From Squalus acanthias (Eukaryota), in assembly GCA_030390025.1 (NCBI GenBank), contig JASTWF010000355.1, positions 372,001-436,000 of the forward strand: 64,000 nucleotides of DNA, given 5' to 3'. Made by a program: the position numbers and the translations under genes. Below are positions 1 to 11,658 of this stretch, in pieces. How positions within the stretch are numbered: position 1 is the first letter of the stretch; every line of letters starts with the position of its first letter. The notes under the pieces are model-generated. The model saw only the letters and a list, made by a program, of their open reading frames with translations. It made no database searches and was not told where the DNA came from.

Positions 1-933
1 AGGCCATTCAAGTTTGGGGAGTCAAAGGGAATGCAAATGGTATAGTCAGGGAGATAGAAACTGTTCTGAAGGTTGTGCTGTCTGCACTGTGTCCGTGTTC
101 AAGACATCTCTTCATGGCTTGAAGAGAACTAGGAGTGGGAGGGGAGGATCCAATTTTCGTGGTCCATGTTGGAACCAACAACAAAGGTAATACGAGGAAG
201 GAGGTTCTGCTGAGAGAGTTTGAGGAGCTAGGATCCAAATTGAAAAGCAGAACCTCAAAGGCAATAATCACTTGATTGTAACCTGAGCCACGCACAAATT
301 GGCATAGGGACAAACAGATTAGAGGTTTAGATGCTTGGCTCCAAGACTGGTGGGGGGGGAAGAGGTTTCAGTTCATGGAGCACTGGCACCAATACTGGAG
401 AAAGAGCGATCTGTTCCTTTGGGAAGGGCTCCACTTACCCTGTGCTCGGACCAGTGTCCTGGCGAATCGAATATCGAGGGCAGTAGACATGGCTTGAAAC
501 AAATGATTGTGGGGGCGGGTTGTGGGAGGATTCAGGAAAGAGTAAATGTAAAGGCAGCGAGAGAAATGATAAGGCTCCAGAACAGATTGGAGTTTTGGGT
601 AAAATGAAGCAGAGTGCGTCAGGAAGGGACAGAGAGAGCAACAAAGGTAACAAAGCATCAGTGAAAATGGAAATAAGTCAAAGCTAAAGGCATTATATCT
701 GAAAGTGTGAAGCATTCGCAACAAAATAAATTAATTAATAGTGCAGATAGAAATGAATAGGTTGAAGCTAATAGCCATTACGGAGATGTGGTTGCAATGT
801 GACCAAGGTTGGGAACTAAATATTACATGATACTTAACTTTTCGTAGAGAGAACAAAAATGGAAAAGCAGGGGGTGTAGCCCTCATAATAAAGGATGGGA
901 TAAAGACAGTAGAGAGAAGGGGAAGGTGGGGCG

Positions 934-2544
934 GGGGTAAAATTCGGTTAGGCCCCATTTCGGGGCTGCAACCGAATTATCACCAGTGATATAGCAGCCG
1001 GCGCCGAAGTACCGCCCCGGCTGCTAAATTAGGCTCATCACCCCGGCGAGGAAGCGAAGTGCTATCTCGGACTCTCCACTTCCTCTGAGGTAAAGTCGGG
1101 GGCGCAAAGCTGAAGCGTTTCAGCGGCTCTCCCCTTTTTTAAAGGGGAGGGATGCTGTGTGTTCTTCAGGGGCTCGGATGGTCCTGCGTGGTGCCTTGGC
1201 TGCAGCCTGGCACCGAGATGCATCACGCCAAGGGATGCCACGGAGCTCCGAACTGGGTGTCGCAAAAAAAATAGAATGGCGGCGCTGCTCGCGGGCGCAC
1301 CTCCCTTTAAATTGCGCCCCGCGAGCAGAGCGCGGGCCGGCTCCGGATCCGCGAGGCTGGCGCTGACACCGCCAGCCGCAGCTTGCCGACCCACAGCCGC
1401 ATTTCTGTCACAGGGTGGTAAGGGGTCTCGGCACACGTCGATGACGTCATCACCGGCAGCACTGCGCCACCGGGCACTACCTGTGGGGTCGCAGTGCTAA
1501 CGGCTAGCGCCTCAGTAGCGCCCCGCCGAATTTTTCTGGAGGCTCTATTAACGCCCTGACCGGGCGTTAAGCCCTTTGCGCCCCTTTCGTGGCAACTGAA
1601 GGCGCTAACGTCAGGCGCAAGGGAGCCGAATTGCGCGGCATTGAAAGGAACTTAGGTGGAGAAATTCAGTATCGCCCCATTTGGGGCGCAATTATCGCCG
1701 GGCGCAAAGATTGGCGCCTGGCGCTAATTACGGCCACCGACTGCAAACTTGACTTGTATCGCCCCTGGAGGGGATTGGAGCGCTAAATCAGGTGCTTTGC
1801 AACTGTCTTAAGGCGCAAAGCCGAGGAGCGTGGCTCTACCACAGAGCGCTGGCGAAGCTCATGTAATGTCAGTCAGCAATGGAACACACACACAATGCCT
1901 CGGGCCAGTTCTTAAAGGCGATGGTTAATCTTGCTTTCCATCCACATCCTGCTCATTGCAGCCTTGAATCTCGGCCTGGAGAGACCGACACATCAAATCT
2001 GCTGGAAAGAACAATGGAGAGTACCAGGCAAAGAGCTCAGAGTGCAGCCCACACAGTCTCTTGTAAATCGATACAAGGAATGGCAAATCAAAATGAACCT
2101 GCAAAGTGCTGCTCAGTACCCAAAACTCCTTCACACAACGTTGAATCTCTCCAGAAATCTCTCTCTCTCTCTCTCATAATGCGTAGTTCAAAAATGGCAC
2201 CAACAATAAAAGGCAGGAAGCGGTCACCTTTAAATAGCGCTCCCTCTTTCCCTTCATGACTGGAGAACGCTCCCCTCAACCTGTCGTTGCTAGCGTCAGG
2301 CGGTAAGGCAGGGGGCGCCACTCAATATCCGCTCCGGGGCGATACCGGGGCGTTGTGCACTCGACTGACGTCACGATCTGCCGGCGCAAGAGATCGTGGC
2401 GGTAGTGTTTAGTGCCGCCGCAAAATGTCTAGTTAATTTCGCGAGTGGCGCAAACTTCGCCGCGCCTGGGCGCTAGATGCTTTGCGTCCCATTAGCGCCC
2501 TCTTAAGGCGCTAACGGGAGGCACAACCAACTGAAGTTTTCCCC
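934..2544. mobile_element. GC/CpG-rich non-autonomous DNA transposon-like insertion, apparently two related units (~934-1640 and ~1655-2544); possibly PIF/Harbinger-derived
   Basis: Interrupts the CR1 APE region. The left end ggggtaaaattcggtt is an imperfect inverted repeat of the right end aactgaagttttcccc. The left-end motif recurs at ~1656 (ggagaaattcagtatcgccccatttggggcgcaa) and the right-end motif ggcgctaacg recurs at ~1601. No transposase ORF seen; the superfamily is inferred only. Confidence 0.55.
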
Positions 2545-3963
2545 TTTAGTTCATAAATCAATAAGTAGAATCAGTTTGGGTGGAGCTAAGAAATAGCAAC
2601 GACAGAACACATTGGTGGGAGTTGTTTATAGGCCACAAACCCGAATTTGTTTTGTAGGGCAGTGTATGAATTCAGGAATTTAGAGGCGCATGTAGCAAGC
2701 ATAATACAATAATCATGGTGGAATTTAAGCTAAATATAGCCTGAAGAAATATATTTGCAGTAAAAGTTTGGAGGAGGAATTCATGGATTGCTTGCAAGAT
2801 AGCTCTCTAGAACAGTATGTTGAGAAACCAACTCTGAAAGAGGTTATTTTAGATCTAGTATTGTGCAATGAGAAAGGGTTAATTAATGACCTTGTTGTAA
2901 AGGGGCGTTTAGAGTAGAGTGATCATAATATGACAGAATTTTATATTGAGTTTGAAAGTGATTTTGTTGAATCCTAAATTAGTGTCTTAAATCTAAACAA
3001 AGCAAACTACATAGTTATGAGGGGCGAGTTGGCTAAGTTAAATTGGGAAACTACGTTAAAAGGTATGATGGTAGAGCAGCAATGGCTAGCATTTAAATAA
3101 TTAACCCACAATTTACAAAAAATATACATTCATTTAAGGCACAATACCCCCACAGGAAAAGTGGTCCAAACGTGGCTAACAAGAGACGTTCAAGATAGGA
3201 TTAGATCAAAGGATGAGGCTAGTAATGTTGCCCAAAATGAATAATAAGGCTGAATATTGGGAGGATTTTAGAATTCAGCAAAGGAGGACCAAGAAATGGA
3301 AAAAGAAAGGGAAAATATAATGTGAGTAAACCAGCGAGAGAAATAAAAACAAACTGTAAAACTTTCTATATGTAAATAAAAAGGTAAAGATTGGCGAAAG
3401 TAAATGTGGGTCCCTTACAAGCTGAGGCAGGAGAAATTATAATGGAGAATAATGAAATGGCAGAGAAATTAAACAATTACTTTTTGTCTGTCTTCACAGA
3501 AGAAGATGCACAAAACTTCCTGGAAATAGTGGGAAAACCATGTCTCCAGCAAGAATGAGGAACAGAAAGAAATTATTTTCTATAAGTGAATGCGACTGAA
3601 AGCCAATAAATCCAATGGATCTGATAACCTACATCCTAGGGTTTTGAAAGAGGTGGCTAAAGAGATAGTTGTTGCATTGGTTGTTATTTTCCAAAATTCC
3701 ATCATTTCTAGAACGGTTCCCGCGGTTTGCAAGGTAGTAAATGCAACCGCACTATTTAAGAAAGGAGGGAGAGAGAAACGTGGAACTACAGACTAGTTAG
3801 CCTGACATCAGTGGTAGGCAAAATGCTGCAATCTGTTAATAAGGACGTAGTAACAGGGCAAATAGAACGTAATAATAGGATTGGGCAGTGTCAGCACGGT
3901 TTTATGAAAGGGAAATCGTGTTTGAAGAATCTTTTTGAGTTTTTTGAGGTTTTAACTAGCATG

Positions 3964-6372
3964 AGACCAGCGTCGACAGCGGGGGAGGAGGAGTCTTTCT
4001 TTCTCTCTCCCACAGAGCGGTCGGCAGCGGGGAAGGAGGAGCGGACCTGGTTGGAGCGGCGGAAGCCTGAGGTGAGTCAATAAAGGGAGGCCCCAGGCTC
4101 AGGTAGGCCTCAGACCAGCGTGGACAGCGGGGGAGGAGGAGCCTTTCTTTCTCTCTCCCACAGAGCGGTCGGCAGCGGGGAAGGAGGAGCGGACCTGGTT
4201 GGAGCGGCGGAGGCCTGAGGTGAGTCAATAAAGGGAGGCCCGAGGCTCAGGTAGGCCTCAGACCAGCGTCGACAGCGGGAGAGGAGGAGCCTTTCTTTCT
4301 CTCTCCCACAGAGCGGCCGGCAGCGGGGAAGAAGGAGCGGACCTGGTTGGAGCGGCGGAGGCCTGAGGTGAGTCATTAAACTCACCTACGTGGCCTTTTT
4401 CCCCAGCGGGGAAAGAGCTTCGCGGTCTTTTTCAAAGGCAGGGGGCGGGGTCTCTTCATTGGTACCCGTATATAGGTGGAGGCTCAGGTAGGCCTCAGAC
4501 CAGCGTCGACAGCGGGGAGGAGGAGCCTTTCTTTCTCTCTCCCACAGAGCGGTCGGCAGCGGGGAAGAAGGAGCGGACCTGGTTGGAGCGGCGGAGGCCT
4601 GAGGTGAGTCATTAAACTCACCTACGTGGCCTTTTTCCCCAGCGGGGAAAGAGCTTCGCGGTCTTTTTCAAAGGCAGGGGGCGGGGTCTCTTCATTGGTA
4701 CCCGTATATAGGTGGAGGCTCAGGTAGGCCTCAGACCAGCGTCGACAGCGGGAGAGGAGGAGCCTTTCTTTCTCTCTCCCACAGAGCGGTCGGCAGCGGG
4801 GAAGAAGGAGCGGACCTGGTTGGAGCGGCGGAGGCCTGAGGTGAGTCATTAAACTCACCTACGTGGCCTTTTTCCCCAGCGGGGAAAGAGCTTCGCGGTC
4901 TTTTTCAAAGGCAGGGGGCGGTGTCTATTCATTGGTACCCGTATATAGGTGGAGGCTCAGGTAGGCCTCAGACCAGCGTCGACAGCGGGGAGGAGGAGCC
5001 TTTCTTTCTCTCTCCCACAGAGCGGTCGGCAGCGGGGAAGAAGGAGCGGACCTGGTTGGAGCGGCGGAGGCCTGAGGTGAGTCATTAAACTCACCTACGT
5101 GGCCTTTTTCCCCAGCGGGGAAAGAGCTTCGCGGTCTTTTTCAAAGGCAGGGGGCGGGGTCTCTTCATTGGTACCCGTATATAGGTGGAGGCTCAGGTAG
5201 GCCTCAGACCAGCGTCGACAGCGGGGAGGAGGAGCCTTTCTTTCTCTCTCCCACAGAGCGGTCGGCAGCGGGGAAGAAGGAGCGGACCTGGTTGGAGCGG
5301 CGGAGGCCTGAGGTGAGTCATTAAACTCACCTACGTGGCCTTTTTCCCCAGCGGGGAAAGAGCTTCGCGGTCTTTTTCAAAGGCAGGGGGCGGGGTCTCT
5401 TCATTGGTACCCGTATATAGGTGGAGGCTCAGGTAGGCCTCAGACCAGCGTCGACAGCGGGAGAGGAGGAGCCTTTCTTTCTCTCTCCCACAGAGCGGTC
5501 GGCAGCGGGGAAGAAGGAGCGGACCTGGTTGGAGCGGCGGAGGCCTGAGGTGAGTCATTAAACTCACCTACGTGGCCTTTTTCCCCAGCGGGGAAAGAGC
5601 TTCGCGGTCTTTTTCAAAGGCAGGGGGCGGTGTCTATTCATTGGTACCCGTATATAGGTGGAGGCTCAGGTAGGCCTCAGACCAGCGTCGACAGCGGGGA
5701 GGAGGAGCCTTTCTTTCTCTCTCCCACAGAGCGGTCGGCAGCGGGGAAGAAGGAGCGGACCTGGTTGGAGCGGCGGAGGCCTGAGGTGAGTCATTAAACT
5801 CACCTACGTGGCCTTTTTCCCCAGCGGGGAAAGAGCTTCGCGGTCTTTTTCAAAGGCAGGGGGCGGGGTCTCTTCATTGGTACCCGTATATAGGTGGAGG
5901 CTCAGGTAGGCCTCAGACCAGCGTCGACAGCGGGGAGGAGGAGCCTTTCTTTCTCTCTCCCACAGAGCGGTCGGCAGCGGGGAAGAAGGAGCGGACCTGG
6001 TTGGAGCGGCGGAGGCCTGAGGTGAGTCATTAAACTCACCTACGTGGCCTTTTTCCCAAGCGGGGAAAGAGCTTCGCGGTCTTTTTCAAAGGCAGGGGGC
6101 GGGGTCTATTCATTGGTACCCGTATATAGGTGGAGGCTCAGGTAGGCCTCAGACCAGCGTCGACAGCGGGAGAGGAGGAGCCTTTCTTTCTCTCTCCCAC
6201 AGAGCGGTCGGCAGCGGGGAAGAAGGAGCGGACCTGGTTGGAGCGGCGGAGGCCTGAGGTGAGTCATTAAACTCACCTACGTGGCCTTTTTCCCCAGCGG
6301 GGAAAGAGCTTCGCGGTCCTTTTCAAAGGCAGGGGGCGGTGTCTATTCATTGGTACCAGTATATAGGTGGAG
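3964..6372 (+). repeat. Tandem 5' UTR monomer array of the CR1: 2 x 148 bp plus 9 x 236/237 bp (last one partial)
   Basis: The monomer start agaccagcg occurs at 3964, 4112, 4260, 4497, 4733, 4970, 5206, 5442, 5679, 5915 and 6151; copies are nearly identical. Confidence 0.97.
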
Positions 6373-6556
6373 CGGTCGCTAAACCCGAGACACTACATTA
6401 GTAGTGACTCCCACCCTCCCACCTCCTCTAACCTTTAGGGGTAGAGGGAATTTAAAAGGTAGGTTCGAATTTATATTTTGTTTTCAGGGACTTAACTCCT
6501 GGACCTAAGATAAATAAGTTTAAATTTTAGTAATAAAGTAACATCAGGGTTAAGTC

Positions 6557-7455
6557 ATGACAGGAAGTCTCGGACCCGTTTCATGCTCCTCCTGTGCCAT
6601 GTGGGAAACCAGGGACACTTCCAGTGTCCCTGACAACTACGTGTGCGGGAAGTGTGTCCAGCTGCAGCACCTGACAGTCCGCATGCCGAGTACTCAGTGA
6701 ATTGCTCATTTAGTGAGTTGTCCACACCGCAGGTAAAGGCTAGGACAGACAGTGAATGGGTGACCAAGAAGCAGGGCAATATCAGGAAGGTAGTGCAGGA
6801 GTCCCCTGTGGTCATCTCCCTCCAAAACAGGTATGCCGCTTTGGATACTGTTGGGGGAGATGGCCTACCAGGGGAAGGCACCAGCAGCCAGGTTCATGGC
6901 TCCATGGCTGGCTCTGCTGCACAGCAGGGCGGGAAAAAGAGTGGTAGGGCTATAGTGATAGGGGACTCAATTGTAAGGGGAATAGACAGGAGTTTCTGTG
7001 GCCGCAACCGAGATTCCAGGATGGTATGTTGCCCCCCAGGTGCAAGGGTCAAGGATGTCTCGGAGCGGCTGCAGAACATTCTGAAGAGGGAGGGTGAACA
7101 GCCAGCATTCGTGGTGCATGTAGGTACCAACGATATAGGTACAAAGCGGGAAGAGGTCCGACAAGCAGAATTTAGGGAGCTAGGAGCTAAATTAAAAAGT
7201 GGGACCTCTAAGGTAGTAATCTCTGGATTGCTACCCGGGCCATGTGCTAATCAGAATAGAGAGAACAGGATAGTAAGATTGAATACGTGGCTTGAGCAGT
7301 GGTGCAGGAGGGAGGGATTCAAATTCCTGAGGCATTGGAACCAGTTCTGGGGGAAGTGGGACCTGTGCAAAAGGGACGGTCTGCACTTGGGCAGGACTGG
7401 AACCGATGTCCTCGGGGTAATATTTGCTAAAGCAGTTCGGGAGGATTTAAACTAA
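6557..7455 (+). pseudogene. CR1 ORF1: N-terminal CxxC..CxxC zinc finger plus SGNH/GDSL esterase domain, frameshifted
   Basis: ATG 6557 gives MTGSLGPVSCSSCAMWE...YVCGKCVQLQ, then a frame change near 6683. ORF 6643-7455 holds IVIGDSIVR, VVHVGTND and DGLHL, which are SGNH blocks. Confidence 0.9.
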
Positions 7456-7502
7456 TATGGCAGGGGAATGGGAACCTATGTAGCGAAACAGGGGGAAGTA
7501 AT

Positions 7503-10431
7503 ATGCAGTCAGAAACAAATGTTAGAAGGGTGAGAAACAATAGGGGAAGGCCGAGTACACAAAGGCAAGAAACACAAAGGGCCATACTAAATCATAAGTC
7601 TAAAAGGACAAAGGATGTTAATAAAACAAGCCTAAAGGCTTTGTGTCTTAATGCAAGGAGTATCCGTAATAAGGTGGATGAATTGACTGTGCAAATAGAT
7701 GTTAACGGATACGATGTGATTGGGATTACAGAGACGTGGCTCCAGAACAATCAAGGCTGGGAAATGAACATCCAGGGGTATTCAACATTCAGAAAGGATA
7801 GAATAAAAGGAAAAGGTGTAGCATTGCTGGTTAAAGAGGAGATTAATGCAATAGCTAGGAAGGACATCAGCTTGGAGGATGTGGAATCAATATGGGTTGA
7901 GCTGCAGAACACCAAAGGGCAGAAAACGTTAGTGGGAGTTGAGTACAGACCTCCAAACAGCAGTAGTGAGGTGGGGGATGGTATGAAACAGGAAATCAGA
8001 GGTGCGTGCAAAAAAGGCACGGCAGTTATCATGGGTGACTTTAATATGCATATAGATTGGGCTACTCAAACTGGAAGCAATACGGTGGAGGAGGATTTCC
8101 TGGAGTGTTTAAGGGATGGTTTCCTAAACCAATATGTTGAGGAACCAACTCGAGGGGAGGCCATCCTGGACTGGGTGTTGTGTAATGAGGAAGGACTAAT
8201 CAGCAATCTTGTGGTACGAGGCCCCCTGGGGAAGAGTGACCATAGTATGGTGGAGTTCTACATTAGGATGGAGAAGGAAACAGTTAAGCCAGAGACCATG
8301 GTCCAGAACTTAAATAAGGGCAACTTTGAGGGTATGAGGCGTGAATTGGCGAGGTTAAATTGGCAAGCGATATTTAAGGGGCTATCAGTGGAAGGGCAAT
8401 GGCAGACATTTAGAGATCGCATGGATGAACTACAACAATTGTACATCCCGGTCTGGCGTAAAAATAAAAAAGGGAAGGTGGCTCAACCATGGCTAACAAG
8501 GGAAATCAGGGATAGTATTAAAACCAAGGAAGTTGCATACAAATTGGCCAGAAGTAGCAGCAAACCCGGGGAGTGGGAGAACTTCAAAACTCAGCAGAGG
8601 AGGACAAAGGGTTTGATTAGGGCAGGGAAAATAAAATATGAAAGTTAGCTTGCAGAGAACATTAAAATGGACTGCAAAAGCTTCTATAAATATGTAAAAA
8701 GAAAGAGGTTAGTAAAAACAAACGTAGGTCCCCTGCAGTCGGAAACAGGGGAAGTCGTAATGGGGAACAAGGAAATGGCCAATCAATTGAACAAGTACTT
8801 TGGTTCGGTGTTTCCTGTGGAGGACACACACAACCTGCCGGAAATAAAAGGGGTCAGAGGATCTGGTAAGAGGGAGGAGCTGAGGGAAATCCTTATTAGT
8901 CGGGAAAAGGTATTGGGGAAATTGATGGGACTGAAGGCTTAAAAATCCCCGGGGCCTGATGGTCTGCATCCCAGAGTACTTAAGGAGGTGGCCTTGGAAA
9001 TAGTGGATGCATTGACGATCATTTTCCAACAATCCTTAGATTCTGGATCAGTTCCGATGGAGTGGAGGGTGGCCAATGTAACCCCTCTTTTTAAAAAAGG
9101 AGGGAGGGAGAAACAGGGAATTATAGACCGGTCAGCCTGACATCGGTCGTGGGTAAAATGATGGAAGCAATTATTAAAGATGTCATAACAGACCATTTGG
9201 AAAGTGGCGACATGATAGGTCCAAGTCAGCATGGATTTGTGAAAGGGAAATCATGCTTGACAAATCTTCTGGAATTTTTTGAGGATGTTTCCAATAGGGT
9301 GGACAGGGGGGAACCAGTAGATGTGGTGTATTTGGACTTTCAGAAGGCCTTCGACAAGGTCCCACACACGAGATTGGTGAGCAAAGTTAAAGCACATGTG
9401 ATTGGGGGTAATGTGTTGACGTGGATTGAGAACTGGTTGGCACACAGGAAACAAAGAGTAGGAGTAAATGGGTACTTTTCAGAATGGCAGGCAGTGACCA
9501 GCGGGGTACCGCAGGGTTCGGTGCTGGGACCCTAGCTGTTTACATTATATATTAATGATTTGGACGAAGGGATTAAATGTAATATCTCCAAATTTGAGGA
9601 TGACACTAAATTGGGAGGCAGTGTGAAAAATGAGGAGGATGCTAGGAGGCTACAGAGTGACTTGGACAGGTTGGGTGAATGGGCAAATGTCTGGCAGATG
9701 AAGTACAATGTGGATAAATGTGAGGTTATCGACTTTGGTGGTAAAAATAGAGATGCGGACTATTTATGAATGGTGGCAGATTAGGGAAAGGCTAGGTGCA
9801 ACGAGACCTGGGCGTCATGGTACATCAGTCACTGAAGGTGGGAATGCAAGTGCAGCAGGCAGTCAAGAAAGCAAACGGAATGATGGCCTTCATAGTAAGG
9901 GGATTTGAGTACAGGAGTAGGGAGGTGATGCTGCAGTTGTACAGGGCCTTGGTGAGGCCACACCTGGAGTATTGTGCGCAGTTTTGGTCTCCTAACTTAA
10001 GGAAGGACATTCTTGCTATTGAGGGAGTGCAGCGAAGGTTCACTAGATTGATTCCTGGGATGGCCGGTCTGACATATCAAGAAAGATTGGGTCAACTGAA
10101 CTTGTATCCCCTGGAGTTCAGAAGAATGAGGGGGGATCTTATAGAGACATTTAAAATCCTGACTGGTTTAGACAAATTAGATGCGGGCAGAATGTTCCCA
10201 ATGTTAGGGAAAACTAGAACCAGGGGTCACAGTCTAAGGATTAAGGGGAAGCCATTTAAGACTGAACCGAGGAGGAACTTCTTCACCCAGAGAATGTTGA
10301 ATCTATGGAATTCTCTTCCACAGAAGGTTGTTGAGGCCAGTTCGCTAAATATAATCAAAAGGGAGTTAGATATAACACTCACAACTAGGGGGATCAAGGG
10401 GTATGGCGAGAAAGCAGGAATGGGGTACTGA
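7503..10431 (+). pseudogene. CR1 ORF2 (APE endonuclease plus reverse transcriptase), disrupted
   Basis: NARSIRNK, GITETW, MGDFN and SDH APE motifs; YLDFQKAFDKVPH, GVPQGSVLGP and KFEDDTK RT motifs. Stops at 8646, 8940 and 9533; frameshifts near 9110 and 9765. Confidence 0.95.
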
Positions 10432-11037
10432 GGTAGCATGTTCAGCCATGAACGCATTGAATGGCGGTGCAGGCTCGAAGGACCGAATGGTCTACTCCTG
10501 TACCTATTTTCTATGTTTCTATGATAGATAAGGTGGAACCAGTGGATGTGGTGTATTTGTATTTTCAGAAGGCATTCGATAAGGTGCCATAGAAGAGCTT
10601 ATTAAACAAAATTAGTGCTCATGGCGTTGGGGGTAATAATCTCGCATGCATTGAGGATTGATTAACGGACAGAAAAAAGAGAGTAGGAATAAATGTGTAA
10701 TTTTCGGGCTAGCATGCTGTAATTAGTGGGGTACCGCAAAGATCAGTGCTCGGGCCTCAGCTATTCACAATCTATATCAATGAATTGGACGAGGGACCAA
10801 ATGTCATTTCTCCAAATTTGCTGATGATACAAAGCTGGGTGAGAATGTAAGTTGTGAGGTGAATGCAAAGAGGCTTAAAGGGGATGTAGACAAGCTATGT
10901 GTGTCGGCAAGAACATGGCAAATTTATTATAATGTGGAGGAATGTGAAGTTATCCACTTTGGTATGAAAATATAAAAGCAGAGCATTTTTTTAATTGTGA
11001 GAGATTGGCAAATGTTGGTGTTCAGAGGGACCTGGTT

Positions 11038-11658
11038 TGTTAGGGAGAAATTATTTCACTCCAGTCTGTTTATAGATAAAGCGAGAAACAATTTATTTAT
11101 TATTCAGAGATCCCGGGGAGAAGAGTCACAGAACCTTGCTTGGTCTGGTGACTTCAACTTCTCGACCTCTCGTTGTCAATGACAACCTTTTATTGAAGAG
11201 TTGTCCAATCACATAGTTACAAAATAACACATGATTACAAGTATGTCCATTTCAAACTTAAACAGCTTACAATTAATTCGTTATATTCTAAACAATTTAT
11301 GTCAGTTCAATCTAAATTATTAATTAGTTATATTTTAATTCAAACTAAATAATTATGTTGCAAACTAAACCATTAATTCGTTTTACCAAATAATTATGTT
11401 GCAAACTAAACCATTACTCTAATCTTTGTCAGTTACAAACTAAAAGCATTAATGACGTGTATGTGCAATCTGCTAGAGGCCCAGTGTCTGGGTTTTTACA
11501 GTCTTCCATTGTGTTCATGACCTTGATTGTTGCTAAGTATCACAACGCTCAACCAGGCCTTATCTCCCACCTGGCTTTCTTCGGTTTCATACAGAAAATG
11601 AGAATTCGTTATATTTTAAGTTAAAGTGAGTTCAAATTAAATCTTTCACTCCCCTTCA
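11038..11658 (-). mobile_element. Probable solo LTR inside the old CR1
   Basis: AT-rich insert with TG...CA ends and imperfect terminal IR (tgttagggagaaa / tttcactccccttca); AATAAA on the minus strand. No clean TSD, and a short stretch of CR1 appears to be missing at the junction. Confidence 0.55.

Larger units (their letters stand above)
3964..10523 (+). mobile_element. Full-length CR1 LINE (tandem-monomer 5' UTR, ORF1, ORF2, 3' UTR with TTCTATGT-type tail), inactivated
   Basis: Host CR1 reads ...EVLTSM at 3963 and resumes IDKVEP at 10524; atga is present at both junctions (3961-3964, 10521-10524). Contains ORF1 and ORF2 and a typical CR1 3' end (gaatggtctactcctg...ttctatgtttctatg). Confidence 0.95.

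Noticed and set aside
1062..2321. Gene with CpG-island promoter in the GC-rich block
   Set aside because: Overlapping ORFs on both strands with no recognisable domain; the block interrupts a CR1 and has transposon-like ends.
3964..6372. CRISPR-like array or protein-coding repeat (ORFs 4110-4385, 4622-4858, 5331-5567)
   Set aside because: Monomers are wholly repeated with no unique spacers, the context is eukaryotic, and the ORFs are by-products of GC-rich repeats.
6643..7455. Host GDSL/SGNH lipase gene
   Set aside because: It lies between the LINE 5' UTR and ORF2; the esterase domain is a known part of CR1 ORF1.
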